Shown piece after piece: positions 12,429 to 26,200 of a stretch of DNA of 64,000 nucleotides; the first letter of the stretch is position 1; each line of letters opens with the position of its first letter. A program made the translations under genes and the position numbers. The DNA lies in contig CAJFCJ010000003.1 in assembly GCA_904063045.1 (NCBI GenBank), positions 372,001-436,000 on the forward strand, given 5' to 3'. Origin of the DNA: Dimorphilus gyrociliatus (taxonomy: Eukaryota > Animalia > Annelida). The notes beneath the pieces are model-generated. The model had not been told where the DNA came from and made no database searches. It was given only the letters and a program-made list of their open reading frames with translations.

Positions 12429-13403
12429 TAACACGGTATGAAAAAACTGCTAAGGAATAATAATGAATTGCTTTTTTTTCATAATTTATGTTTTATTATA
12501 AATTTAACTATAGTATTACTTTTTCATACTTCAATTCAGTTTCCCAAAGCGTTTGAGGCCTAAACCAGTTTTTTGAATTGTTATTCTAAAAATAACGTCT
12601 CTTTTTTACCTAGATTTTGTGGCCTATAGTTAATTTGAAATTTGAAGGCAACTGTAAAAGTTGAATGATACCTTTGTGAATAATAAAGTAAATTTGACAA
12701 TCAGCATTTGAACTCTATTTAAATATTTACCTTTTTACTTGAAAATCGATAGCAGACTATTATTTCTTATGACGTTCAACTCATTATAACTTTGATGAGT
12801 AAATGTATGTGGAAATAGTTTTAATATAAATCAACAAGAAATTAAGCGAAATCTAATATTAATTCTTTTTCGGCCTTTCTAGAGGATACTAATACGAATG
12901 TATAACTTACTTTTAGTAGCCACTCCTTTTATGGCCCATTATCTCTTTCAAAAAAAGAGAGGGCCGTGTTCTCTCCCCCCGTCCCATTTTTTTAAAAATA
13001 ACCTCTTTCGAATAATGTTTGACTATGAATAATGTAATATTTTAACACGACTGTTTGAATATATATAGAAGTTTTTCCCAGTATATTATCCTAATCCAAC
13101 ATCATTTTTTACAGAGGAATATAATGGTACTGCACTTAAACAATATTATATTTATGATAGGCTTGAAGCATATATATATATGTATGTATATCATACAGAG
13201 AAAAATGATTGAATAGCTATTTAAACAGCAAAAATAAGAAACAGCGTTAAGGAAAAGATTTCAACTAAAAACAAAAAATAAGTCAATATTTTATTAAATA
13301 ATAAAAGCATACACTATAAGAGAGAAAGAGATAAAATATGAAAATAACAAACTTATGCTATTTTTAGTTAATAGGGATTTATCACTTCTATTTTCCACCT
13401 GAA

Positions 13404-13407
13404 TATA

Positions 13408-13442
<35 letters not shown>
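13404..13442. repeat. (TA)n microsatellite starting with TATACTGTA
   Basis: Directly visible. Confidence 0.9.
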
Positions 13443-13444
<2 letters not shown>

Positions 13445-15785
13445 TATATTCATAACTACGAGTCTGCAAGTCTACGCAAGTCGTGTATTTAAAAAAATGT
13501 ATTTCTCAATCTATACATTTTTCCTTCGAATAAACAAGTAAACAGATCGGATCAGATAATTTACGCACATATAAATGTATGCTGTATACAGACTCTTCAA
13601 CCTCTCTACTTTAAGGTAGAAATCGTGCAAGAATTCTAGTCATCGAATGAATAATCAAATAAGGGGAATTGAGAATAAGAATAAAAAAGAGACGAGTTCG
13701 CTATTCTGAACAAAGTTAAGGCTATTGACCGAAAAAACTTTTCGAGTATATCAGCAAAAATAACTCAAAAGGGTTGGGAAGAGTAGGCGACAAGAATAAA
13801 GATATGATTTTTCTTATGATTCATACTTTCCAATTTAATATTTTCAATTCAGGTTTGCAGAATGAATTTTTATGAATTATACCTTTGGTAAAAATGCAAT
13901 ACCCTTCTAACTAACTAGGAATATTGCGAAAAAAAAAATAACTTGGTTATTATCATAGTATTCGACTTACCAAACAATAAATCGTTGCAAGTTTCAATAA
14001 GTTTTTTAAGGTAAGCTATTGATCGAATTTTCTCTCTCTCTCTCTCTCTCTCTCGCCCCCCTCCCTACCCACCCCCATACTGCTTTCTAATAGGTAATAT
14101 ATATTAATCTACAATATCTTTAAAAAGGTTCAAATCCTCAACCTTGAGAGATTAATATTAGACACAAAAAAATACGAGCTTATATCCGCCGATACTAAGC
14201 TACGTTTTATATTGTCTAATATCACTCTACAACGCAAACACGAAATGGAGGGAGGACATTGGCATGTCATGGATAAAATATATGTTACTATTCATAGGGA
14301 AATAGAATGAGAGGTTGTTTAAGGGCAAGCAATAATGTTATAAAAGTACAAAGACATAATTTCGACCTAAAGAATATGATAATAAATTAAAAAATCATTT
14401 AAAAACCGCAGTGTTCAAGAGCTTATAAATGTTAAAACATGCGAATATTATATTAGATAATCATAAGAATATTTAACGATTTTTTTCTTTTTACCTGTGC
14501 TGAATACATTGACCTTGCAAAGCAGTTGGTTTATTGATAGACAAGGGTTTGGATACATGTACGGTATAATTAGAAAGGATATGTATATATTAGAAATATA
14601 ATGATAACAAAAAGTAACGACTAGTTTTCCTTTATCAATTGATAAGAAGATAAATTGAATAAAGTAATGTCGAGTTTTTTTTAGAAAATGGATGACTTAA
14701 TTATCATTTTTGGCGTTTAAATGTAATTTTATATTTGATTATAAAAGATATCGTATTTTATAATTCATTTTTAAAATAAAGATATTTTTACACTGTTAAT
14801 GGAAAAAAAATGCCACTTAATGATAGAAGGGGAGAATAGTTGAAAAACATAATCATAAAGAGCATACAAGGGGAGAGAATACTGCAACGATCGTTACGGA
14901 TAGAAGCCAGTACAGTAAACAGAGAAAATTGATTCCTTATAATCGATTACATTCCATATACTACAACCAGACACTTAATCAATTCTTTCTTAATTTACAA
15001 CTTTTCAGCAGTTTTGCCAATAAAAATTTTAAATTAATTTGCTTTAAATCGATTTTCTCAATTAGAGAAAACTAGTCTTCCTTTTGTGTTCGATTTTGCT
15101 ATCATTTTCAAGTAGAAGACTCTTATTTCTCTCATTTTTTCTCTTGTATGTAACATGTTCAAACGTATAGAATATACATACAATTAAACACGCCCAGTTT
15201 GATGTCAAATAAATACCCCTGTGCAGATGTAATATAGATATATGCGTACATATTAGTATATACAGCATACACATATATATAGATGTAAAAGTATTTATGT
15301 ATGTATTATACTTCGTATTACTTTACACGTTCATGTTTAAGAACTGATAGATATTTGTAAATCTCCCCCTGTCTCTCTATTCTTATCTCTCTTTATATAT
15401 ATTATTATCTTTACTTTACTCTTTCATATATATATAATTATATTTGTCTTACTTTAATAGTTAACATATTATTTTCCTATTTGAAAAGTAAAACGGAAGA
15501 GAAGAAAGAGAATGAAGGAGACAAAAAAATGAAGATCATAAAGAAGAAAAAGAAGATATGATTATATGGTTGTTTTCTTTTTTATGTCTAATACTTCAAC
15601 AGTAAAATTGCATAAATTTTTTATCATTTTTCCTTCTTTTGTTTTGTTTTTTTTTATTCGGATAGAAAAAAGACTATTCTTTTCTCTAACAAGTAATTAC
15701 TTTCTTTCTCCTTTTTATGATTAAATTTTCTTGTTGCTACTATAAAGAAAAGTTGAAATGAATATAAAAAAAATTTTTCCTTTTT

Positions 15786-15821
<36 letters not shown>

Positions 15822-15842
15822 TCTCTCTCTCTCTCTCTGTCT
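15786..15842. repeat. Imperfect (CT)n microsatellite
   Basis: Directly visible. Similar CT/GA tracts lie at about 3119-3134, 4005-4025, 14030-14054, 16447-16466 and 54618-54655. Confidence 0.9.
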
Positions 15843-17842
15843 CTACCTAACTACCTACCTTTAATTTATCGCATTTATATTACAATTTTATTTTTAATAT
15901 ATGAAAAAAACTTCAATTGCATATAAAATTTTTACATTCCTTTTCTGAAGCTACGTTTTCATTGACTTTACTAAATTCACACGAGGAATTTAACGTACTT
16001 GAAATTTTTTTCCAATCTATTTTTAAAATTAAAAAAATATAAAAAAAAGCCATTGAATGCTTTCAATATTATGCTTCTTTACAAAGAGTATGAGAGGTGA
16101 AATCAATATTATCCATCGACCTTTTCTAAAGACAGAATAAAGGTAAATCAGATTAATTGAACGTTGATAATGATAGAAGAAAAAACTAATTAGTAAAGAA
16201 TTAATGTGGGTCCATAGTCTGGGTAGATTTATGAATATTACAAATCTATATAAACTAGTACAGCGTCTAGTTTGTATAACATTCTCTAGTTAAAAGGGAC
16301 GTAAAACCAACAATAGAGCAGACGTATTTACGCAAACAAAAGGTAAATCGTTCAGAATTTATGAATAATTAATAATAATACAAGTTTTATGTTATAAAAA
16401 AATGCATCCCTAAAAAGAGATTATAACCTGCCTGGATGAAATAAAGAAAGAGAGAGAGAGAGAGAGTTCTTGTCCTTTTATTTTTCATCAGGTAAAGTAA
16501 AATTTAAAAAAAAAAAGAAGACAAACAGAATGGAAAAGAATTTCTGTGAAAAGTTAATTGAAAAGTCGATTCTTCTCTTTTTGCATGAAGCAAAAGAGTG
16601 AACAAAGGATATAAAGAAGTATTACTATCGTACATTATATTATAAGCAACATATAGATATACAATACAAACTTGTTATATATTAATATGATGTGTAAATG
16701 TAAAATCTAAAGAGGGATTGTACGCCTAACGACCAGTTTACTACAAGAGTCTACTGTTGTTTTGAACAGCTAAATTTTAATAATGTCTAAAGTTGTGCGT
16801 CATCTGTTCTTAAATAACCTAATTCATATTGATAATAAGTTGAGACAAGACGATTAAATGTGTATATGCTATACTAATTTTGTTCATTATTAAAAAGCCT
16901 TTACATTATAGGCTAATTCTTTGAAAATATCTCTTACATCTATAAACCATTACAAACAAATACATCGATAATTTACCCTTCTTTAGCATTACGTCTTATT
17001 CGTAGCTAAGATACTTGTTTTCATAAGAGCTATTTGTTATACAATAGCACCATCTAGAGGAAAATTTTCTTGTCTCTTTTTCCATTTTATGCTACGTCTA
17101 TTTTCTACGGTTATATATACCGATTAAGAGATGATTTAAAGTGAAATTTAGGTAATTAATTTGCTATTATTGCACAAGATAGTTTCCAATTTAGGCCAGG
17201 TAAAAAGAGAAACAAGAAACAAGAGAGGAAATATCACTAATATAAACGGTTCAACGTTTTAAGACTGTAATAAACCCACAATACTGTATATATTAATATC
17301 TATATATATATATATATATGTAATGTATTGTTTACAATTCAAAAAAAAACATGTCCGTATTGGATATGATATTTTTTAATGTTTCTGGAAGCCAATATCT
17401 GATAGATTATATTTTTGCAATAAAACTTAATATCATGGACTTAGAAATAACAATCATGCTAATATAATAATAATGAAGAAATATAGAGACTCTAGAACCT
17501 TATGATATGTAATATGAGAGAAAAACAAGCACTAAATCAAACTTCATACGAAAATGATACATACACATATAATAAACGATATTAAATTTTCGTCCAAAAT
17601 CTATTTCGGTATAGATTTTAACTATAGACGAAAGTTAACTCGGCTAAAAAATGTGTTAAATATACTTTATGTCCAAAATTAATATCAACCACAATACAAT
17701 AAATTTTACGTTTATATGTACAATAACTTATACAATGGAGGATTAAACGTTCTTCTTTATATACATGTATACACAGTGCATATTTATATATGTAAACATT
17801 ACTTTCAAATGATAAAATAGGCTAAATAAATGAGAGGATTGA

Positions 17843-18832
17843 CTAAATATTTAGTTCTGATACATCCCTAAACTCTAGTCTTTCTTTCATTGTAAGAAAT
17901 CCTTTAAAAGCAGCCCTTAGCGTTCGATTCTTCGCAGCATAAATAATCGGATTAACAACACTATTAAGCGTTCCCAAAATCAACGCCATCACGCTACAGG
18001 TGTGTAAAGTGGGCGAATTGTAGAAGACATTCTGATAAAAAGTTAAACCAATGTAGGGAACCCAACAAATAAGGAAAAAGCCAAGAACTGTAGCAAATAA
18101 TTTTGCAGATTTTGTATCATTTTGCAGACTTTTTTTTTTATTAATAGCTACCGATAAAGATGAAATCTTTTTGAGCTGAGCTCTGGCAATTAAGAAGATT
18201 TTAGTATAAATCAAAATAATAAAGAAACATATAAAAAAGAATTCAATCGCAAAGATTGAAATATAGACATCGTTTATAACGTGTTCAAAAACGCATATTG
18301 GTAATTTATACCAATTGTTTAAAAAGAATGGTAATACTGATAGCGAAATACTATTTACATATGCAAATATCATCATAATTGTTATTGTTCTTTTATTCAT
18401 GTACATTTCGTAATGGAGAGGATAAATTATGGCTATATATCTATCTACCGAAATCATTAATATTGTTACCATTGAATCGGAGCAGGCAAACAGCATAAAA
18501 ACATATCTAAGGAAACACGTAAACTTTTCAAAAATTAACTCTTTCCTAACATTATAGACAATTAGGCAAGGTAAAGCTAAACCGACAAGAAAGTCTGCCA
18601 GAGCTAATTTTGCGGTAAAGAAATTAGTTTTAGTTTGTAATCTCTTATAGCGAAGTATAGAACCTATCACCAATATCGAACCAAATAGAATTGATAAAGA
18701 TACGATTAGTTGAAAAGCAATTGTTATCTTATCCAAAACGGATAATTCCAAGTTATCGCAATTAACCAAATCCAACAACCATTGAAGATTCTCTTCTATT
18801 GTCCAGTTACTTTTGCATGTGTTGAGGCTCAT
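17843..18832 (-). CDS. Class A (rhodopsin-like) GPCR, coding region essentially one exon
   Basis: 329 aa with 7 hydrophobic segments. Motifs: GSILV (TM1), LALADFLVG (TM2), ISVDRYIAI (DRY), FLICWVPY (CWxP) and NPIIY (NPxxY). The ligand class cannot be assigned from sequence. Confidence 0.95.
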   Translation of the reverse strand: MSLNTCKSNWTIEENLQWLLDLVNCDNLELSVLDKITIAFQLIVSLSILFGSILVIGSILRYKRLQTKTNFFTAKLALADFLVGLALPCLIVYNVRKELIFEKFTCFLRYVFMLFACSDSMVTILMISVDRYIAIIYPLHYEMYMNKRTITIMMIFAYVNSISLSVLPFFLNNWYKLPICVFEHVINDVYISIFAIEFFFICFFIILIYTKIFLIARAQLKKISSLSVAINKKKSLQNDTKSAKLFATVLGFFLICWVPYIGLTFYQNVFYNSPTLHTCSVMALILGTLNSVVNPIIYAAKNRTLRAAFKGFLTMKERLEFRDVSELNI

Positions 18833-19983
18833 AGCTCCGACTAGAATGACTCACAAGTAACAACTTTCGATTGTTTTAAATAAAAGGATGCTTTAATGGA
18901 ATATAATTCATCATTTGATAATTCGTAGAACAAGTGTATTAACAGAATCAATGAAGAGATACAATATTCCAAAAAAGGAAATAGATACTCTATTCATTAA
19001 ATTCTCACAGTATACATATTTCAATCGGATGATTATGTTTATGTTTAAGGTACTATGTAAAATTTCCTTTCAAATGATTAGACTAACTACAATAAACGCC
19101 TTACCATATTCCATTATTTACAAGATAATTTAATATTTATTCTATTATCTTTATCATCCCACCCACACCTTTCCATCTCCTCAACCTAACACTTTCGCCT
19201 TTTAAGTCGAATTCACTCTACTTTTCTCCTAGTCCATTTTATAAAATGGCAAAGCTATAAAAAGAATAAACATGTATATGTACGTATGTATATATTTATA
19301 CGCATCACAATCAAACGCTGTCTATTGTTATAATAAAATATGAATAATGGCGAAGAGAATTTTTTTCCCAGTCTAATAGTTGCCAATTATCTGTAGGTAT
19401 TCCACTAGCTGCAAAAAACAATTACGTTTATTCACGTTGATTTAGATCGATAACTGTTTCCAATTGAAATAATAGACAAAAGAAAATGTAACATTATGAT
19501 TAGAATGGCTACTTTGATAAAGACGCCTGTATACATGTATACAGGTAAAAGTATAATAAATAGTACAATATTATATGTAATATTTGCAAAAATATGCATA
19601 TTATTTCCATTTATAACACTAATAAATACTGTGTTATTATTTCTATCTTTGTTTTTAAACATTTCCTTCACGTATTCTTATTAAACTGTTATTTTTATTA
19701 TTATCATTTATTTAGGCTTTACACTAGTTGTAATTAAAAAAACAATAGCTAATTCAATAATTTAAAGCATATAGAAAGTTATATTCAACGTTTTAACACG
19801 TTTCTAAAGACGAAAACCAATGAATATATAATTATTTTAATAATAATCCATTATTTGTTTGTGTATTTTCTAATAGAAATAGTGTCATTGTCTTTCTATC
19901 ATAAACTAAACTAGAAAAAGGATAAAATATAATAGTTCTTGATATTGCTTTACTTCATGAAGAAAAATTAACTGTATTGTATA

Positions 19984-19992
19984 TCACGTGAC
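19984..19992. promoter_or_regulatory. E-box/CLEAR-like TCACGTGAC upstream of the GPCR ORF
   Basis: 9/10 match to GTCACGTGAC in otherwise CpG-poor DNA. Confidence 0.25.
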
Positions 19993-22900
19993 ATTGTACA
20001 GTGTTCTGTTAAAAGAAGAGAAAGAAACTATTTAAACAATATTATGAAATATTTACGACGAATAGATTATCTTGTGTAAATCTATAAACATCAGTTGAGA
20101 AATCTCTCTCTCTCTCTCTCCCATATACAGTATATGTATGTACAAAAAAGGTTTGCGGGTTGGCGTTAAATTGCAGATTTTCTGTCTGTTTATCTATTCT
20201 TTTTCCTCTTCTTCCACGGTAGAAAAATAGGAAAATTAAACGATTTTCTCCTAAAAACCACCTAGTTTGAACAGCTGCTAGTAAAATATATAAAAGAACA
20301 CATAATGTATAAAGTAAAGATAAAGGATAATCCGGAAGCATATGCAATAATCGATATTAACACTGATGTTAATAATTTTAATTAGTTATTACATTCTTTT
20401 TGTGTAGAATTCACTATTAAAAAGACTAATCAACGAAGCAAGATAGAAACCAGAATGCAACCTAAATAAATGAACACTTAAAAAATAGTATATGCTTTTG
20501 CCTTTACTTTTTTGAAAGGTTTTCTTTTCATTTAATCCGTTTTGTTCTATTTACTTATTAATTAATTATTTATTAATAAAGCACTTTATGCTGGTTATGA
20601 CCATATTAGGTATATATACTATATACTGTATATACAATTAAATAATATTAGAAATATATTAAACACTCAAACATACAACTAAATAAAATATTTAAACTAT
20701 GAACAGCAAATTGTATACTGTACATGTTGTTTACAAGTAGTCATAATGATATTAATAAGTTCTATTGAGTAAGTTTATGGTAAATATTAAAGTGTTTTTT
20801 GGATCAATTGCCTCATTAGGAAAAGGAGAGAGAGTGAGAGTGAGAGCGAGAGAGGGAGGGAGCGAGAGCGAAAAAAGAATAAAATCATTAGATTAATTAA
20901 TTAATATTATGCGTCAGAAAAGTAAAAAGAGACATTAGTCAGCTAATTTCTCATTACTTTTCCCATTTTATAAGTTTCTAGTATCCATTTCGTTATTAAT
21001 AATTCGGAAACGAAAACGGGTTTGTATGGATATTTTACGGTATATTGATTATATTTGATAATCAGTAATTTTCCTTTCTTTTTCCACAGTCGTAAGTGTC
21101 GAAACTTTGATAAATTTTAAACTTTAATTGACTAGTTTTTTTTGTTTAACATGTAAGTTTAAATTAGAGATAATCCACAAAAATTACCTATAAAAAGCAT
21201 ACAAAATACATAATTCTATTATTAGAATCTCTTTTTCTATTTATTCTATAAATTAGCGATCTGTAAATGGCAATTACGCATTTAAAAGCCACCAGAGTGA
21301 AGTAAAAACTTTTGTTCTCTCTCAAAGTCTTTAAAGTATAAATACAGAACAAATTAAACCACGTAATAAAAAGGTGATTCTAGACAAATCTATATAATTT
21401 CATGAAGTATAAATAATCAAACATGTTTATATAAAAATATAGTCAAGGTAAAAAATAATTTAAAAATATCATTCAAGGAAACAATCTTCAAACAGCCAGT
21501 GCCAAGGCAATTACTCATTATCCATCTCTTCGCTCTTACGTAATATTATGATTAATCTTTTCTTAGTACTTGTCTGAAATATGTTTACACATAAAAAAAA
21601 ACAAGAGAAAAGAAATACAATAATAAATATTTATAATTAATCGATATGTTAATGAGGTTACATTAATTATTCAAAAGAAGCATTTAAATATTTGATTTCT
21701 TACGCAGTAAGCTTGACCTTATTCTACAAAATGATCCTTCTTCTCTATCTATTCTACCTGTTCATGTTTGAAACAGCTCCGAGCTGTCTGTTTATCATAT
21801 TAATAAAAAGACTAGATATATTATATACTGTATATACAGTATGTAATATACAGTATATGCAACTACTATATATTAGGATGATGGCGTATTTAATGAAATT
21901 TTTATGCTAATATTGTATACAGGAATATAAATTAAACCAAGCTGAAATAATCAAATCGATTCCTCTTTTACATAGATTCAAGTATAAATAGCATTAAAAA
22001 CATATTGCAGTATCAAGCTAATTAAACTGATACTCTGCCTCCTTGCGTTCTTCCTTTTCGTTTCTATGTAAAATATGATTATGAATAACGATTAGTTGTT
22101 AGAATTGAGAAAACATCATATGCGTATTAATGGTATATTAAATAGAAAATAGAAAAAACTTACCAGTAGATGTCATCATCTATACGTTAAATTGCATTTA
22201 ATTATTGCTGAACGTATAATAAGAGTTATGAAATTAAGGAGGTTATAGGATAAGAAATTATACTTTAATAATAGTAACGTTTAAACTCTTAATCCTTATC
22301 TTTATTCATGTTTTGTATACAGAAAAAATGTACTGTGACTACACGAGCCAAACATATATCGTTTATAAAAATGAAGTATTAGTAATTTGTTTTTTTTTAA
22401 AAAAACAAAAGAACTAAATATACCCACACTTTGTAAATTAAGAATATTGTTAAAACGTTTATATTTCCTAAAGGTTAGCTTTTTAATTGAAATCTTTATG
22501 ATGATAAAAGTTGTCATGATAGTTTTTTTTTCTTTCCGTTTTTTTTAACAGTGACTCTTTAGTTTGCTCAAGTTATTTATCTAAGCCGATTAGCTCATAA
22601 CGCCTGTTCAATATGAAGGATTAAGAGTCCGTATTGAATAGTACAAATTACAAAATGCCTAGTGCTTCTAATATAAGTATATGCACTTTTTATTCATTTA
22701 ATAAATATTGAAAAAAAAAATAACAATTATCTTTTCCATAGAAAAACAAAGAAAAGAGTTGTTTTGCTTCGCTAAGCGCATGTTAATTTATGCTACAACT
22801 CTTAGAAACTTCTTTTTCTTATTCTTCTTCTTCTTTTGTCTTTATAAAATGCATTTAGATGGAAAGAGGGCGTAGATTAATAACTTTTTTATAATTTAGA

Positions 22901-23215
22901 AAGTAACAAAACCAATAACGGATGGAGAAAATGTGGATAAGAAAATTTCCTCTGTCGAAATGGAAGTTGATTAAAGAATAGAAATAAAAGAGTAAGAAAG
23001 AACTCTTATACGTATAAATTACAATTACAATGACGTGAAATACCTTTCTTTGTTCGTAGAAATGATCAATAAAATCAACAAAGCAAGCTAACCGTTTATT
23101 GCCGCAGTAGTGGAGTAAACTTAACAACAACACCAATTGGATATTTCTCAACATATATCTTTCTCAAATGAATTAACCATTCTGAAAATAAGTTTTAATT
23201 AATGTTTTATAAATT

Positions 23216-26200
23216 ATGGTGCACTTGAAGATAATTTTGGTTCTCTTTATTAATTTAAATCAACTTTACTTGATAAATTCCCAGTGGTCAGGATCAAACT
23301 ATTGGAATAGTAGATATTCAGAAGACGGTTTAACAGCCTACGATGGAAGTTAGATTTTTATTTATTACTATTACCCTTCTTTTAAACCGTTTTCAAATTT
23401 CCTATCATTCATCCACCTTTTAGACGACGATGATAATCATGGTCTTTGGTCGGATAATTCCAATAAATATAATAATTATGGATTAACTTCGACAACTTAT
23501 AATGCGTATAGTTGCGGAGGTTGCGTATGCGATCCACCTGAAGCAAAAATCACTTGTTCAGGTCCAACTGTGTGAGTATTCGTGTTCAAGATTTTTAAAG
23601 AGTAAACCTAGAATACGATGAGTTAAGATGACATAAATTCAATCTTAAAGATTTAAACGAAAAACTCCATCTAATACACCTTTTTTCGTTGGTTAATCAA
23701 AAATTATAAGGATATTTATTAAGTTATTCAGATGATTGAACACTTTCTTCTTTCTCTCTCTTCGTTCTATAATCCTTTACAAATATTTTTCTCTCAACGA
23801 CTAAGAAATATTATCATAGGATTTACAAACCCTCCTAGTTTCTATTCAATTATTTTGATATATAACATATATATTTATATAAATACAGTGTGTATATATA
23901 AATATTAAAGTATTTCTGTTTAAACATTGAAATTGCCTAATCTAATTAAAAAATGTCATATTTACTACTTTCTTCTCAATTTTCATCTACATATTGTCAG
24001 CTCCCTGGTTCAAGTAACTACTTTGCTGAATATTACTGAAGAAACATTCCCGAATCCATCAAATATACGCACAATACGAATATTAAATTGCAATAATTTT
24101 GACACTATTGGCAATGCTACTTTTTGGAGGCTTACTAACTTGGAAACACTGTTAGTTTTATTCATTTTATATATATAATATATATATATTACTCTATATC
24201 CTTATATCATTCCAAAGCATTATTCAAAGAACAAAACTTGCAAGAATTCCAGATTTACAGTATAGTACTAGCCTTAAAATAGTGTAAGCATTTTCTACAA
24301 TTAAGAATAATTGTAGTAACTCTTTTTAAGATATTTCTCTACAATTCTATTCATTTGATATCCCCTTTTAAGAAATTTAGCATTTAATGAATTATCAATG
24401 GATACTGGTAACGCAATTTCTTTTGATTGGCCATCATCCGTTACTCATGTGTAAGAAATTAAAATTTCTATTATAAATTACTTTAATGTCGTTATTTCTA
24501 AAGTAAATATAAATACATCTTTCATTAATATAGAGCTTTAATGAAAAATAAGTTACATTGGTTGCCGCCAAACTTCTTTAACACACCTGCAAACAACATA
24601 CGAATTGTGTAATTATTTAAATATCAAAACAATAAACTAAACTCTGTTTTTTATTTATCTTTCTTGCATAAATTATATAGAGCTTTGGGCGATAATGAAT
24701 TCTTACAATTTCCTAAAGTATTTGGATCAAATATGAAACAATTATTATACGCGTAAATTATCCATTAACCAGTAGCTATTGTTATTATTCTCACCTATTC
24801 TGTCTCTATAGGGGTGTCAACGGAAATAAAATAAGATCTATATCTAAAGACAACCTTGCTACTTTAAAGGATATTCCAACATTTCAACATCTGTAAGGAA
24901 CTCTTATAAGATATATGAGATTTTAATTAAAATCTATTACATCGACTTTCTTCGATAGGAATATAAGCAATAATGAATTGGAATTTATTGAACAAGGAGC
25001 CGTAGCTCAGTTGAAAACTTTGAAAATACTGTAATATTCCTAATACGTTCTACTATCTAATTTATAATATATTCATGCTATTTTAATTCAACTACTACTA
25101 CTACTACTACTACTCCTTTACCTTTTCTCCCCTCTCCTCTTCCTCCTCTATAAAAGGGAACTACATCAAAACAAATTTGTAAACTTTCTCGAAGATATGA
25201 TTTCGGATTTGCCAGAACTTTTACATTTGTTAGTTTTGATCTATTGAATCAATTGATTCTAATTCAACTACTTACTATAACAATATTATTTTTCTCCAAT
25301 TTAGAGATTTTAATAATAATTTAATAGTTGAATTAACTTCGAAAGCCCTACAAAATCTACCAAAATTGATTACTCTTAGAGCTCATTCTCAGCAAGGTGT
25401 TGAAAATGGAATTACTGGATTACAAAGAATTTTTTATGACTCTTGGGTAAATATTGGAGCATCGATGAGAAATTTGTTAGTCTTTTACCTTACATTCTAA
25501 AAACGCAAAGAGAAAATGAATATGTTCTTTTTGTTTATTAGGTGGATTAGTGATAATGCTTTGGAGACTTTTCCTCATCAAGTTCTAGGGGAAGGCAGCT
25601 ATCCTGTAATGAATATGATGTGAGACACAATCTCTTCTTACCTTTAAAATACTATCCTTATGATTCTATAGTTACTTATTTATTCTATAGACGTGCAGAT
25701 ACGAATAGGATTACATCGGTTACCGCATTTGGCAACGAAGCATTTCCATTAAATGTACGACCCTATTATAATCTAAGACTGTTATCTCATAAGCCATTCA
25801 ACACAGTTTCAACGACAAGAGTTCTGTAAGGATTTCACATATCATTTTCAATTAATTTCTTATTTTTATGTATAAAAATCAAAAACAAAGATATTTAAGC
25901 AACAACTTAATTCCAAGTTTTGACGAAGAAACATTTTGCAATATGCCAAATTTAAGAGAATTATACCTTAACAATAATCAATTGAGAGAAACTACAATAC
26001 CAGAAACTTTGTGGTCTTGCAATGGAGATCTGGAAACATTGTTAGTGAGGCTTGTTTTTTATTCATCAACTCATTTAATTATTATTTTTTTTACGAATTA
26101 TTATAGAGAAATGAATAATAATTTAATTGAATTAGTTCCGGTAGCTGTTCAAAACGCAACCAATTTGCCGTCTATTAACACTTTGAGAATGGCAAGCAAT

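Noticed and set aside
16245-16277. Hairpin TATATAAACTAG...CTAGTTTGTATA, and other short stems (about 12933-12965 and 56263-56281)
   Set aside because: The stems are 12 bp or shorter in AT-rich DNA, too short for a pre-miRNA, and no conserved animal miRNA seed was recognised.
22900-22975. Exon-like + segment KVTKPITDGENVDKKISSVEMEVD* followed by AATAAA
   Set aside because: No supportable upstream exon chain could be built, and a short open frame is expected by chance.
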